NCBI GenBank assembly: GCA_032128875.1
Contig: JAVLKG010000012.1
Coordinates: forward strand, 137,147 to 201,146
Reading direction: 5' to 3'
Source: Candidatus Melainabacteria bacterium 17Bon1m
GTDB taxonomy: Bacteria; Cyanobacteriota; Vampirovibrionia; Obscuribacterales; Obscuribacteraceae
DNA length: 64,000 bases
Below are positions 1-9,448 of this stretch, in pieces. Made by a program: the position numbers and the translations under genes. Position 1 is the stretch's first letter; each line of letters opens with the position of its first letter. Under the pieces are notes generated by a model, which had not been told where the DNA came from, made no database searches, and saw only the letters and a program-made list of their open reading frames with translations.

Positions 1-773
1 TAGCGTTGAAATTATTGCAACCGCATCTCCTTGGTAACGCGCGATTTGTTCAGCGTTTTCAGCGCGAAGCTCAGGCGATGGCACGCATGCAACACCCAAA
101 TTTGTTGACTGTGCACGAGTGTGGTTTTCTTGAAGGTGTTCCTTTCCTGTTACTCGATTTCATTGATGGAAAAAGTCTTGATGTCATCATTGCCGAGCGC
201 TCTCGATTGTCTGTTGGCCAGATGATCGCTATCGTCATGCAAGTGTCAGACGGACTTATCAACGCACACGACAACGGCGTTGTGCATCGGGACATCAAAC
301 CAGCGAACATCATGATTAGTGAGAACATTAAGGGCCGCGAGCTAGTTAAAGTGGTTGATTTTGGTCTCGCGAAAATGTTGGAAAGCGAGCAGTCCGTTAT
401 TCAACAGAAGATTTCACGGGAGGGCAACTCCGCCGGAAGCCCCATGTACATGAGTCCCGAGCAGTGCGTAGGAGATCCTGCCGACGCGCGCACTGACATT
501 TATGCGTTGGGTTGTGTGATGTATGAGTGTCTCACCGGAAATCCGCCACTCTTCGGTGCGTCTGTTTTGGAGACCTTTAATAAGGTAATGAATGAAAAAC
601 CACAGCCAGTTTCGAGTGTGGTTGAGATTCCTCAAGAGTTAGATGAGCTCATTCTTAAATGTTTGGAGAAGAAGCCGTCAGACCGTCCCGCTTCTGTGTT
701 GGAGTTTAGAACGGCGCTCAAAGATATTAAAGATCGCATGGCTGGTGGGCGGCGCGCCGCAAGCTCTGTGTAG
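1..773 (+). CDS. Hanks-type Ser/Thr protein kinase (5'-truncated by window edge)
   Basis: ALK lysine at the very start, HRDIKPANIM catalytic loop, DFG, GSPMYMSPEQC, DIYALG. The frame is open to position 1. Confidence 0.95.
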   Translation, partial: ALKLLQPHLLGNARFVQRFQREAQAMARMQHPNLLTVHECGFLEGVPFLLLDFIDGKSLDVIIAERSRLSVGQMIAIVMQVSDGLINAHDNGVVHRDIKPANIMISENIKGRELVKVVDFGLAKMLESEQSVIQQKISREGNSAGSPMYMSPEQCVGDPADARTDIYALGCVMYECLTGNPPLFGASVLETFNKVMNEKPQPVSSVVEIPQELDELILKCLEKKPSDRPASVLEFRTALKDIKDRMAGGRRAASSV

Positions 774-857
774 AAACACTGGGGCCGCGGTCAGCCTGCC
801 GTCTTAGTCCGGAGCGCCAGCTTCCAGCAGGCATTAAGCCACCTCAAGGCTAATACC

Positions 858-879
858 GGGCGATGCATGGCATCGCTCC
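858..879. repeat. REP-like palindrome, family B (copy 1)
   Basis: GGGCGATGCATGGCATCGCTCC hairpin between convergent genes; similar to 33337-33361 and 40565-40589. Confidence 0.55.
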
Positions 880-901
880 AAGGCGACTGCTAAACACGTT
901 T

Positions 902-2131
902 TTAAAAAATCGGCAAGCTCGGGAATGTGCCCGACCATGGTCCCGGCTCAGCCGAAGACGATTGAGCTAGATGGAATTGAATTAGCGCCTGTTCGATGTT
1001 GAGCCGGCGCTCGCGGAATTGTTTATATGTCCTCCCCGCCCGTTGCACCATTATCTGCTGCTCTTCTGAGAGGAAGCCGCACTGCGAAAGCAAGTCGCGC
1101 ACGTCTTCAGGTAGTCGTGGAGAGCGCGGCGCCGCCTTCAATTCCTGCCAAGTTTCTTCCAATTGCGATTCGAATCTGTCCTTGGCAATATTGGTTTCCT
1201 GTGCTGCTTTGTCATTGGTCTTAGGCAAAGCTCCTGCAAGTTTTAGGAAATAGTAGAAGGTCAGATCGCGCTCCTCTTGGGCTTCCGGATGCGTGGGCAC
1301 GCCGTCTGCAATGCCTACCTCGGCGCGCAGCCTTCTTAGCTGCTGTATTCCTTGATTGATTGAGATCTTTTCAGTGCGGATTAACCTTTGAATTTCAAGC
1401 GCTGCATAAACGGCTTGGGCTTTGACCCAATTGAGTTCGATGAGTGAATCACCCAGGTCTTTCTTCTGTTCTTGACTCACGCACATTGCCAAAGCAATAT
1501 CCTTGTCTTCGATAAATCCAGCTGCGGTAAGCAAATTGCCTAGAGTCGACTGGCTTTCAATGGAGTCATGCGCCACATGCGTGATAACTTCCAGGCAGCG
1601 ACGAGCGGAGTAGAGGCGGTCGATTGCTTCATCGCGACCGATGTCGCCATTGCGTACTTTCTCCTGTAAGCTGAGCGCATGCTCGATCAAGTCGTGGTGG
1701 GCGTCAGCTAGTGTTATTAAAACCTTGCCCAGATGGATTCCCGTCTTGTTCGCAACGCTTAGTCTGGCTTTTATCTGTTCGCGCCCAATCGATTCGCTTT
1801 CGACGAGGTATTCGCCGAGGCGGTTGCGCGGTTTTGTCGACGCTTGAATGCCGAGCAAGTCCATCGCCAAACCGAACGAGATGCGTTTTTTCTTGACTAA
1901 CGCCATTGCCTGGGTGGTCTGATCGGCAGTGATCACATGGTCGCGCAGAAAAGACTGCGCGGCAATTGCGGAGCGCATTGTTTCCGTGTCAACGATGTCC
2001 AACATCGTCAGTACGAGACTGAGGGGCAGGTCTCGGTTATGTGATTCCTCGACCGCCGTTTCCATCTGTTGCCTTGAGGCTAGTTGCCAATCAACCAACA
2101 GTTCTCCGAGTAGAGAATTGGTATTCGCCAT
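902..2131 (-). CDS. MshEN-like repeat protein (putative c-di-GMP-binding repeats), paralog A
   Basis: Repeated (R)LGxxL motifs: LLGELLVDWQL, RLGEYLVESE, HLGKVLI, TLGNLLTAAGFI, DLGDSLIELNWV. Collinear with 9449-10741. Confidence 0.7.
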   Translation of the reverse strand: MANTNSLLGELLVDWQLASRQQMETAVEESHNRDLPLSLVLTMLDIVDTETMRSAIAAQSFLRDHVITADQTTQAMALVKKKRISFGLAMDLLGIQASTKPRNRLGEYLVESESIGREQIKARLSVANKTGIHLGKVLITLADAHHDLIEHALSLQEKVRNGDIGRDEAIDRLYSARRCLEVITHVAHDSIESQSTLGNLLTAAGFIEDKDIALAMCVSQEQKKDLGDSLIELNWVKAQAVYAALEIQRLIRTEKISINQGIQQLRRLRAEVGIADGVPTHPEAQEERDLTFYYFLKLAGALPKTNDKAAQETNIAKDRFESQLEETWQELKAAPRSPRLPEDVRDLLSQCGFLSEEQQIMVQRAGRTYKQFRERRLNIEQALIQFHLAQSSSAEPGPWSGTFPSLPIF

Positions 2132-2356
2132 AGCAAGATTCCTAATGTGTCAAGTTGCCGCACTTAGAACTTGATTGCCCTTTTAGATTCCCTCGGTACC
2201 GATTTAAGGTTCTATTTAAGCTTTGATTTCACTCAATTTCTCCCAATTCACCCAATTGGGGGACGTTCTTGGTACCCTAGAGCCAAGTTCAGACAGTAAA
2301 AACGCCCCTGGTGTCCAGTTGGCAAAAATTATCAAAGCAATTTAGGGCGGTAAAAC

Positions 2357-3220
2357 ATGAATACATTGTGGCATGCAGTACTTCTCGTTGCGGTCTTTGT
2401 TGCCGTAGCGCTTGTAGGGCAGCGGCTAGTCAAAGGACGCGTGGAAATCGCGGTGCTCGAACAACACCACAGCGCTGCCGAAGGCATGCTTGGCGTTGTC
2501 GGCACGCTTTTTTCCGTGTTGCTCGGCTTCATGGTCGCAGCTGCGATGGCAAGGTACGGGGATGCCCAGATGCATGTTGAGCAGGAAGCGAATTGCGTCG
2601 CCAGCATTTTTCGTCTGGCGCGCGGCTTGGGCGATGACGATCGCCATCGCTTGCGTCAGTTGTGCCGGGATTATTCGAATGAAGTTTTGACTGTTGAATG
2701 GGAGCAGATGGCAAAACACGAAAAAATCAATCACGGTTGGAATGGATACCAAAACCTTTGGGAAGGTGTTGTTGCCGTTGTACCGGAGAACGACAGGGAA
2801 AGCAATTTGCAGCAAGCGATAAATGACGCAATGATGGGCGTTGGTGAACACCGGCGCGCGCGTTTAATCCTGTCGCAGCAAGACTTGCCTAAAGCCCTAT
2901 GGATTGTTGTTGCGTTCGGTTCCATAATCACAATCGGATTCACCTACGTCTTCATGTCCCAGTTTCCTCACGTGCATGGATTCATGACCACAATGGTTGC
3001 GACTACCCTGGCGCTGAATATTTGGCTGCTTGCCGCATACAGCAGTCCGTTCAGCGGAGAATTGCAGATAAAGCCGATGATGTTCACCATGCTGAAAGAA
3101 AGTGTGTTCAGCGTACCTGATACCCCTTCGAAGTACCTGCACGACAACGGTCCTGCCAAAGAGGCTGTGGACGCAAAGGCTGGCACGAAAGCTGATGCGA
3201 AATCACCCAATCAAAAGTAA
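2357..3220 (+). CDS. DUF4239-like (bestrophin-like) membrane protein
   Basis: Four hydrophobic segments; GVVGTLFSVLLGF, EQEANC, RRARL...LP.ALW and AYSSPFSGELQI motifs. Confidence 0.75.
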   Translation: MNTLWHAVLLVAVFVAVALVGQRLVKGRVEIAVLEQHHSAAEGMLGVVGTLFSVLLGFMVAAAMARYGDAQMHVEQEANCVASIFRLARGLGDDDRHRLRQLCRDYSNEVLTVEWEQMAKHEKINHGWNGYQNLWEGVVAVVPENDRESNLQQAINDAMMGVGEHRRARLILSQQDLPKALWIVVAFGSIITIGFTYVFMSQFPHVHGFMTTMVATTLALNIWLLAAYSSPFSGELQIKPMMFTMLKESVFSVPDTPSKYLHDNGPAKEAVDAKAGTKADAKSPNQK

Positions 3221-3226
3221 TGGAGA

Positions 3227-3255
3227 GAGCCGGTAAATCCGGCTCCTTTCTTTTT
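3227..3255 (+). terminator. Intrinsic terminator
   Basis: GAGCCGG-TAAAT-CCGGCTC stem followed by CTTTCTTTTT, 6 nt after the stop codon. Confidence 0.75.
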
Positions 3256-3377
3256 GTGCGCAGTCAGGCTATTTAAATGCCTGCGCCCCCGGAAGCTGTG
3301 AATCTTCGAAATTACCGTCCAGAAAGTGAAACTTCTTCTTTTAATAGTGGTAAGCAATCTTGAGAGGGCTTGCTTAA

Positions 3378-6300
3378 TTGAGCGGTGACAATCTAATAGG
3401 CACAAAAATTGGCGACCGTTATGAGGTCGAATCCGAGTTGGGCAAAGGAGCGCTCGGAGTAGTTTTTCGCGCCAGAGATGCCACGCTCGGGCGCGTTGTC
3501 GCAATTAAGGTTATGCAGGAGAAAATGGCTGCTGACACTGTCGCGGCTTTGAGATTTCAGCGCGAGGCGAGAATGGCTGCATCATTGCAGCATCCAAATA
3601 TCGTCACAGTCTATGACTTCGGCGTTTTACCTGATAATCGACCTTACATCGTGATGGAATTTCTTGATGGTGAAAGCGTCGAGGAGGTGCTCAAACGCTC
3701 TATTCGCATGCAGTCATCTAAGGCTGTCCCGTTGTTCATCTCTGTGTGTCAGGCTCTGGCGCATGCGCACAAAAATGGCATAGTGCATCGAGATCTAAAA
3801 CCCGCAAACATCGTCCTTATCAAAGACGAGATCGGTAATGACGTTGTCAAATTAGTGGATTTTGGTATTGCCAAACCCATGACAGAGCAAGATTCAGACC
3901 TCACGGTGGCGGGCACGGTGTTGGGCACACCCAGCTACATGAGTCCCGAGCAATGTCTCGGAAAGCCGCTTGATGGGCGCTCTGACATTTATTCTCTCGG
4001 ATGCGTGATGTATCACATCCTGACCGGCTTTCGTCCACTTACCGGCGATAGCGCATTGGAGACACTAAGCAAACATATTTCCGAACAACCGCGTTCTTTT
4101 AGCGAAGTGGCGCAGGGTGTGCCGCTGCCTGCTGTTCTCGAGCGTTGCGTTTTTCGTGCTCTGATGAAAGCACCTGGTGAAAGACATCAGTCTGTCGTTG
4201 AGTTGCGAGATGAATTGGAAAATGCACTGACTTCCATTTGGTCACAGAAGGCTCCCGCCGGAAGAGAAAAACCAGACAGTGAGCCGACTGTGGTGACGAA
4301 GCCGAAGCTGAATACGAAAACCGCTGCTCCTGAGCCATTTGCTTTTTCGCCGTACCCGGAGATTTATAAGGCACCAATAGTGGTGCCCGACGAGAAGCCA
4401 GCCAGTCCTGAATTTTTGCTCGAGCGAGCGCAGAGCGGCGACGGATATGCAATGTACAAGTATGCCGTTGCGCTGGAAACAGGTAATGGCGTCGATATAG
4501 ACGAGAAAGCGGCACTTTTCTGGTACCGCAAGTCTTGTAATGCCGGATGTCCTGAAGGGCAGAACGAGATGGGACTGATTTACCAGTGGGGCGCGCTAGG
4601 TTTGGAGCCCAACCAAGATGAGGCTATTCGGCTCTTCACTGAAGCGGCGCAGCAGGGACATGCCAACGCGCAGAACAATCTTGGTTATATATTCGAAGTC
4701 ATCGATGCAAAAGAGGCATTTCGCTGGTACAAAATGGCGGCAGAAGGTGGATTGCCGCTGGGAATGAGCAATTATGGTCGTTGCCTTTTATACGGAATTG
4801 GCAGCGACAAAAATTACCAAGAAGCATACAAGTGGTTGATGAAAGCTGCGGAGGCTGACGAAAAAAGTGACGGCGCTCAGTACATGCTCGGCGTCATGTT
4901 CTTCAATGGCGATGGCGTGGAAAAGGACCTTGTCCGCGCAGCGCAGTGGTACAAGAAAGCCGCAGAGAATGGCCATGATTCGGCTCAGTATGAACTCGCC
5001 CTCTGTCATTTATACGGAGACGGAGTCGAAGAAGACTATGACGAGGCGGTCTACTGGCTTAAGGCTGGAAGCGCTCTCGGTAATGCCCAGTGTGATGAAA
5101 AGCTGGAAGAGCTAAATGCATCTCAAACATTGCCGGGGCTGAAAGTCGAAGACGTTGATCACTGGATGAGGCAATCATCGGTAAATACAACGGATGTTGT
5201 TGAACAACAGCTGCTCTTGATGCTCAAAACTCCAACGCACCATGATCTAAATCAGGCTGTGGTCGAACTCCACCCCGTTGCTGACAAAGGCAATGAAACC
5301 GCGCAATTGCTGTACGGTCGTTGTTTGGAAATGGGCATGGGACTGCAACAAGATCTCGACAGCGCCTACTATTGGTACAAACGTGCATACGACTTTGGCT
5401 GCGATGTTGCGGAGCAGCATGCCGTTAAGTGTTTGCGCCTCTGTTTTGAAAACAACATCTTTCCTGCGGATGCAGAGACTTTCCTACGATCATGCGCAAA
5501 TAAAAAGAACACCAAAGCGATGATCAGCCTTGCTTACTACTATCGCTTTTTCAATCCAAATGGTCGAGATTTCTCTGAAGCGCTGCGCTATTACAGAATG
5601 GCTGCAGAGAGCGGAGACAGTGAAGCGCAATATTTACTTGGGCGGTTTCTTGTTATGAAAAACTTGCTCAAGCGCGAGCGCAACCTCGTAATTCGCTGGT
5701 GGGATGCTTCTCTGGAGAAGGGGCTGGACACCGCAACTACAGAGGAATTTGATGACGAAGGTCACAAGAACGAACGCGCGGAAGCAATGAAGTATCTTAA
5801 CTCTGCAGGTGAAGAAGGCTCATGCGAAGCTCTCCAGCTTTTGTCCAGTATGTATCATCGAGGGCTTTTGGTTTTAGCAGATCCGGTGAAGTCCGCTGAA
5901 TTGCTCATGAGAGCAGCTGAAATGGACGATATTAATGCGCAGGGGCTTTTAGGTGTCATCTTTCTCGAAGGCATTGGCGTAGAGAAGGACGAAAAGAAAG
6001 GGATAGAGTATCTAGCACTGGCGGCCGAAGCAAATAATTCGTTTGCTCAATGGAATCTTGCACTTGCTTATATTGACGGCACCGGTGTTCTCGTAAATAG
6101 ACCGCGGGCAAAGGCCCTTCTGGAGCGCGCAGCTGAAGGCGGTTTTTCTCAAGATAAGCTCTGGTCAGAAGACGGGTTTAAGGATCGTTTTCAAAGATTG
6201 CTCGATTTGTTCCACGACCTGAGCGCGCGCGGACAAGTCGACGCCAACTACTGGCTGGGTATCTGCTACGAAAAGGGACTCGGCGTCAATCCTCAGCGCG

Positions 6301-7193
6301 ATAAAGCTTTAGCGCTGTATTTGCGTGCGGCGCGTGATGGCTGCCAGCCTGCGCAGGCTGCATTTGACAGGCAACCGGAAAACCTAAAGAAGTTAGCGGA
6401 AAAACGAAACAAAGCAACTGGTGACAGTGTGCAAGTAAGCACAGACAGAGTCGAACTTTCTCAAGCAATCAGAGTGGTGCGCGAATCCGATTCGGTTATG
6501 AATCGCTTCAAGCTCTACGAGGCTCTTAGTGAAAGTGAAGTTGTGCTGCCAGGTGAGGACAAAGGCAATGGCAACCAGCCTTTGACTATTACCAATGCGC
6601 GTGGCGAAGTCGGCGTAATAGTTTTCAGTGGAAAGAAAATGATTGCTGGTTGGGATCCCGATAAGGAATTTGTATTGAGAACAATCAGCATGAAAGATCT
6701 TTGCAATATTGCGCTTGGCAAATCTATGGAAGCGGTAATTCTCGACCCGACGAAGGCAGGCGGAGTGATTTTGCGCAAGTGGGAGATGGAAGCGTTTGCA
6801 AAGTCGAAGTTGCCCATTGAGAGAGGGAAAACATGGGGTTGGGCGCAAGCAACCATTAGTTCGGGCGCGCAAATTTCGCTGCGCCGCGCAGACGTAGATG
6901 ACGTTGCGCGTTGTGGTGCCGACTTGAAGCGAGTGCTTCAGAAGCATTCAATAGTTAAACGCGGAATGATTTTCAACTGTTTTTTTGAGCCCGTAAATGA
7001 GCAAGAACAGCTTACTTTGGGTATTGAGCCAATGCCCAATCCAAGCAAAGAACAAGCGCTCGAATTGAGTAACGAGCTTATCTCACTCGGCCTTAAATCT
7101 GATACCGGCCTGCCACTAAAAGTAGTGTTTATTACTAACCCCGTAAGCGTCGAGTCAGCAATTAAGAATTCGAATATTCTCTACGAAAAGTAG
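3378..7193 (+). CDS. Ser/Thr kinase with Sel1-like repeats and C-terminal SseB-like domains
   Basis: GKGALG, VAIK, HRDLKPAN, DFG, GTPSYMSPEQ; many AQYxLG...GxGVxxDxxxAxxWYxKAAExG repeats; C-terminal VVLP...VIVFSG...VILDP segment resembling SseB. Confidence 0.9.
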   Translation: MSGDNLIGTKIGDRYEVESELGKGALGVVFRARDATLGRVVAIKVMQEKMAADTVAALRFQREARMAASLQHPNIVTVYDFGVLPDNRPYIVMEFLDGESVEEVLKRSIRMQSSKAVPLFISVCQALAHAHKNGIVHRDLKPANIVLIKDEIGNDVVKLVDFGIAKPMTEQDSDLTVAGTVLGTPSYMSPEQCLGKPLDGRSDIYSLGCVMYHILTGFRPLTGDSALETLSKHISEQPRSFSEVAQGVPLPAVLERCVFRALMKAPGERHQSVVELRDELENALTSIWSQKAPAGREKPDSEPTVVTKPKLNTKTAAPEPFAFSPYPEIYKAPIVVPDEKPASPEFLLERAQSGDGYAMYKYAVALETGNGVDIDEKAALFWYRKSCNAGCPEGQNEMGLIYQWGALGLEPNQDEAIRLFTEAAQQGHANAQNNLGYIFEVIDAKEAFRWYKMAAEGGLPLGMSNYGRCLLYGIGSDKNYQEAYKWLMKAAEADEKSDGAQYMLGVMFFNGDGVEKDLVRAAQWYKKAAENGHDSAQYELALCHLYGDGVEEDYDEAVYWLKAGSALGNAQCDEKLEELNASQTLPGLKVEDVDHWMRQSSVNTTDVVEQQLLLMLKTPTHHDLNQAVVELHPVADKGNETAQLLYGRCLEMGMGLQQDLDSAYYWYKRAYDFGCDVAEQHAVKCLRLCFENNIFPADAETFLRSCANKKNTKAMISLAYYYRFFNPNGRDFSEALRYYRMAAESGDSEAQYLLGRFLVMKNLLKRERNLVIRWWDASLEKGLDTATTEEFDDEGHKNERAEAMKYLNSAGEEGSCEALQLLSSMYHRGLLVLADPVKSAELLMRAAEMDDINAQGLLGVIFLEGIGVEKDEKKGIEYLALAAEANNSFAQWNLALAYIDGTGVLVNRPRAKALLERAAEGGFSQDKLWSEDGFKDRFQRLLDLFHDLSARGQVDANYWLGICYEKGLGVNPQRDKALALYLRAARDGCQPAQAAFDRQPENLKKLAEKRNKATGDSVQVSTDRVELSQAIRVVRESDSVMNRFKLYEALSESEVVLPGEDKGNGNQPLTITNARGEVGVIVFSGKKMIAGWDPDKEFVLRTISMKDLCNIALGKSMEAVILDPTKAGGVILRKWEMEAFAKSKLPIERGKTWGWAQATISSGAQISLRRADVDDVARCGADLKRVLQKHSIVKRGMIFNCFFEPVNEQEQLTLGIEPMPNPSKEQALELSNELISLGLKSDTGLPLKVVFITNPVSVESAIKNSNILYEK

Positions 7194-7237
7194 GGGAGCC
7201 GCATGCGGCTCCCTGAGTCAGCGGCGCATGCGCCGCT
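7190..7237 (+). repeat. Left REP (GTAG + 20-bp palindrome) with second hairpin
   Basis: GTAG-GGGAGCCGCATGCGGCTCCC (perfect palindrome 7194-7213), then AGCGGCGCATGCGCCGCT (7220-7237). Confidence 0.85.
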
Positions 7238-7242
7238 TGATT

Positions 7243-7731
7243 TCAAAAACGACTTGGATTCAATTCGTCGACTTGCCACTGTATTGGATTATCAGCAATG
7301 TACTGTCGGTATGCATTCAGTGCGGTTTCGTCACGTATCACTTTGTCGTGAAAACTTCGGTGCCAAACATCTCCGTTGCCTTGAATGCCTTTTACTCTAG
7401 CTATCCTTGTAACTGCAGATTTGAACGAGTTCACAATTGTTGGCAACGTTGTTTTTCCGCTTTGAGTAATCTCAACTATGCAGTGAAGATGATTTGGCAT
7501 CAGCACAAAGAAATCCGTATGAACAGTTGAAAAGTGCTGCGGGATCTCTCTCCAACACTCGTGAATGATCAAACCAAGTTTTGAAGGATAACTTATTGCG
7601 TTTTCGACTCTCCCAAAGGTGCACTCATATTTAAAAGAACCGATGGTGATGAAGTAAAAACCAGCGCGGGAGTAGTCAAAATTGCGCAATCGATTTGGTT
7701 TTCGGTATCTTAATTCAGGTTGTACGATCAT
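7243..7731 (-). mobile_element. REP-associated tyrosine transposase (RAYT/TnpA-REP, Y1 HUH family)
   Basis: RLRNFDYSRAGFYFITI, MPNHLH (HUH), WHRSFHDKVIR, YIADNP (catalytic Tyr); flanked by inverted REPs. Confidence 0.92.
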
Positions 7732-7865
7732 CGTTATTACCTCGCAGGGGTCACAAGTAATAAACGGAATTGCGGAGTAAAAAGTTCAATGGCAAGCAGA
7801 AGATTTAATTACTAAAAGCGCCGAGTGAGAGTCAACATATAGGTGGGAAGATGTTGTCTTAGAGA

Positions 7866-7912
7866 TGCTGCGCGTGCGCAGCAGTGCAGGGAGCCGCATG
7901 CGGCTCCCGTAC
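7866..7912 (-). repeat. Right REP (inverted) with second hairpin
   Basis: Minus strand reads GTAC-GGGAGCCGCATGCGGCTCCC-TG (palindrome 7889-7908); inner hairpin TGCTGCGC-GT-GCGCAGCA at 7866-7883. Confidence 0.85.
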
Positions 7913-7976
7913 ATACAAAACCGCATGCGGCTCCCGTACATACAAAACCGCATGCGGCTCCCGTACATACAAAACC
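7894..7976. repeat. Perfect 27-bp tandem repeat x3 derived from the REP end
   Basis: CCGCATGCGGCTCCCGTACATACAAAA at 7894, 7921 and 7948. Confidence 0.95.
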
Positions 7977-8046
7977 TAGGAGGAACAAAGCGTAAGTGCC
8001 GCAGTCTTCAGGTTCATTCTGCCAAACACCTTATGGGGATTCGATC

Positions 8047-8520
8047 TTGAGTCGTTTTCAATTAAAAAACAAAATTATCCTGGCGCTAGTCATTGCCTTA
8101 TTGCCACTGAGCACTTTTAGTGTTGACGCAAAGAAACCCAAAAAGGAAAAGAGTCAGACTGAGGCTTGCGAAAATGGGAAGAAGTGTGAGAAAGGAAAAA
8201 AGATGAACAAAATAACGAGTTTTACCTATCACCAGTCAGGTGGATTCGCGGCGATTAATCGCGGTTATTCTGTAAAGCTCGCTGACTTGAGCGAAGATGA
8301 AGGAAGCAAGCTCACAGAATTGATTTCCACAAGCGGTCTTTTAAAAATGAAGAACGAACACAAGACAACTCCCGGCGCTGCTGATATGTTCTTCTACGAG
8401 TTCAGTGCCATTAATGGTGGCGAGCATAAAGCAACTTACGATGATGGCAGTCTGCCACAGTCGTTTAGACCGTTGCTCGAATTCGTTCGCGACAAAGCTA
8501 AAGTCGAACCACGCAATTAG
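8047..8520 (+). CDS. Emfourin-like (protealysin/M4 protease inhibitor) protein with predicted signal peptide
   Basis: SGGFAAI...ADLSEDE...L..SG...PGAADMFFYEF...DDGSLPQSFRPLLEFV pattern; N-terminal KNKIILALVIALLPLSTFSVDA. Start uncertain (TTG 8047 or ATG 8203). Confidence 0.7.
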   Translation: MSRFQLKNKIILALVIALLPLSTFSVDAKKPKKEKSQTEACENGKKCEKGKKMNKITSFTYHQSGGFAAINRGYSVKLADLSEDEGSKLTELISTSGLLKMKNEHKTTPGAADMFFYEFSAINGGEHKATYDDGSLPQSFRPLLEFVRDKAKVEPRN

Positions 8521-8543
8521 CTCGCAGTCCAAATCTAGCTAGA

Positions 8544-9305
8544 CTAGTGATGATCAGAAACAGTTTCAATGGAAGCAGCAGTTATTGCTGCTTTCTTTTT
8601 CTTGCGTGTGCTGGCGAGGTTTAAGGTCTCGACAAAAATCGAGAATGCCATCGCGGCGTAAATGTAGCCTTTTGAAATGTGGTGACCAAGCCCTTCTCCT
8701 GCCAGGGTGATGCCGATGAGAAGGAGGAAGCTCAGCGCCAGCATTTTTACGGTTGGATTGCGGTGAATAAAGTCACTCACTGCACCGGCGAAGATCATCA
8801 TGATGACGACTGATATCATCACGGCAAGAACCATGACCCAGAGCTGATCAACCATGCCGACTGCGGTTATAACGGAATCGAGAGAGAAGACAATGTCCAA
8901 AATGACGATCTGAACAAGGACGCCGGAGAAAGAGATGCTGCCCTTGGTTTGGAGTTCTTCCTCCTCAAGATTTTCAATCTTCTCGTGTATCTCTTTGGTC
9001 GCTTTGTAGACAAGAAAAGCACCACCACCAATGAGCACCAGATCGCGACCTGAAAAACCGTGATTCATCAATTCGAACATGGGTTCTTTTAGCGACATCA
9101 CCCAAGATAAAGAAAACAGCAATCCGATCCGCGTGACCATCGCCAAAGCCAGACCGACAAGCCTTGCTTTCTTTCTTTGCGACTCAGGCAAGCGTGATGA
9201 AAGGATCGAGATGAAAATGATGTTGTCGATACCCAGAACGATTTCCATCAGCGTGAGCGAAAGCAGCGCTGCGGCTATCTCTGTGTCGATCAGCAAATTT
9301 TCCAA
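8544..9305 (-). CDS. TerC family integral membrane protein
   Basis: LMEIVLGIDNIIFI, GRDLVLIGGG, DIVFSLDSVITAVGM, KGYIYAAMAFS; RBS AAGGGGAG upstream of TTG. Confidence 0.93.
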   Translation of the reverse strand: MENLLIDTEIAAALLSLTLMEIVLGIDNIIFISILSSRLPESQRKKARLVGLALAMVTRIGLLFSLSWVMSLKEPMFELMNHGFSGRDLVLIGGGAFLVYKATKEIHEKIENLEEEELQTKGSISFSGVLVQIVILDIVFSLDSVITAVGMVDQLWVMVLAVMISVVIMMIFAGAVSDFIHRNPTVKMLALSFLLLIGITLAGEGLGHHISKGYIYAAMAFSIFVETLNLASTRKKKKAAITAASIETVSDHH

Positions 9306-9448
9306 ACTGATAACTCCCCTTCTTCATTGTGCTCAAAAAAGTGCTTTAGTTTAGACGAAGCTCGATTTTCTTGCCATCCTTATGCAAGCAAGCTTAATAA
9401 CTGATTGCCGAAGCTCAGCTATAAGAGTCGAAATTGAAGTTGTATCTA

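Noticed and set aside
779-833. GC-rich segments (e.g. GGAGCGCCAGCTTCCAGCAGGC) resembling another REP type
   Set aside because: The palindromes are degenerate and there is no convincing second copy in the window.
7894-7976. Possible mini-CRISPR array
   Set aside because: The units are identical head-to-tail with no unique spacers, there are no cas genes, and the sequence derives from the REP.
7786-8050. ORFs with repeated MYGSRMRFC / RMRLPYIQN peptides as RiPP precursors
   Set aside because: They are translations of the 27-bp DNA repeat, with no RBS or modifying enzymes.
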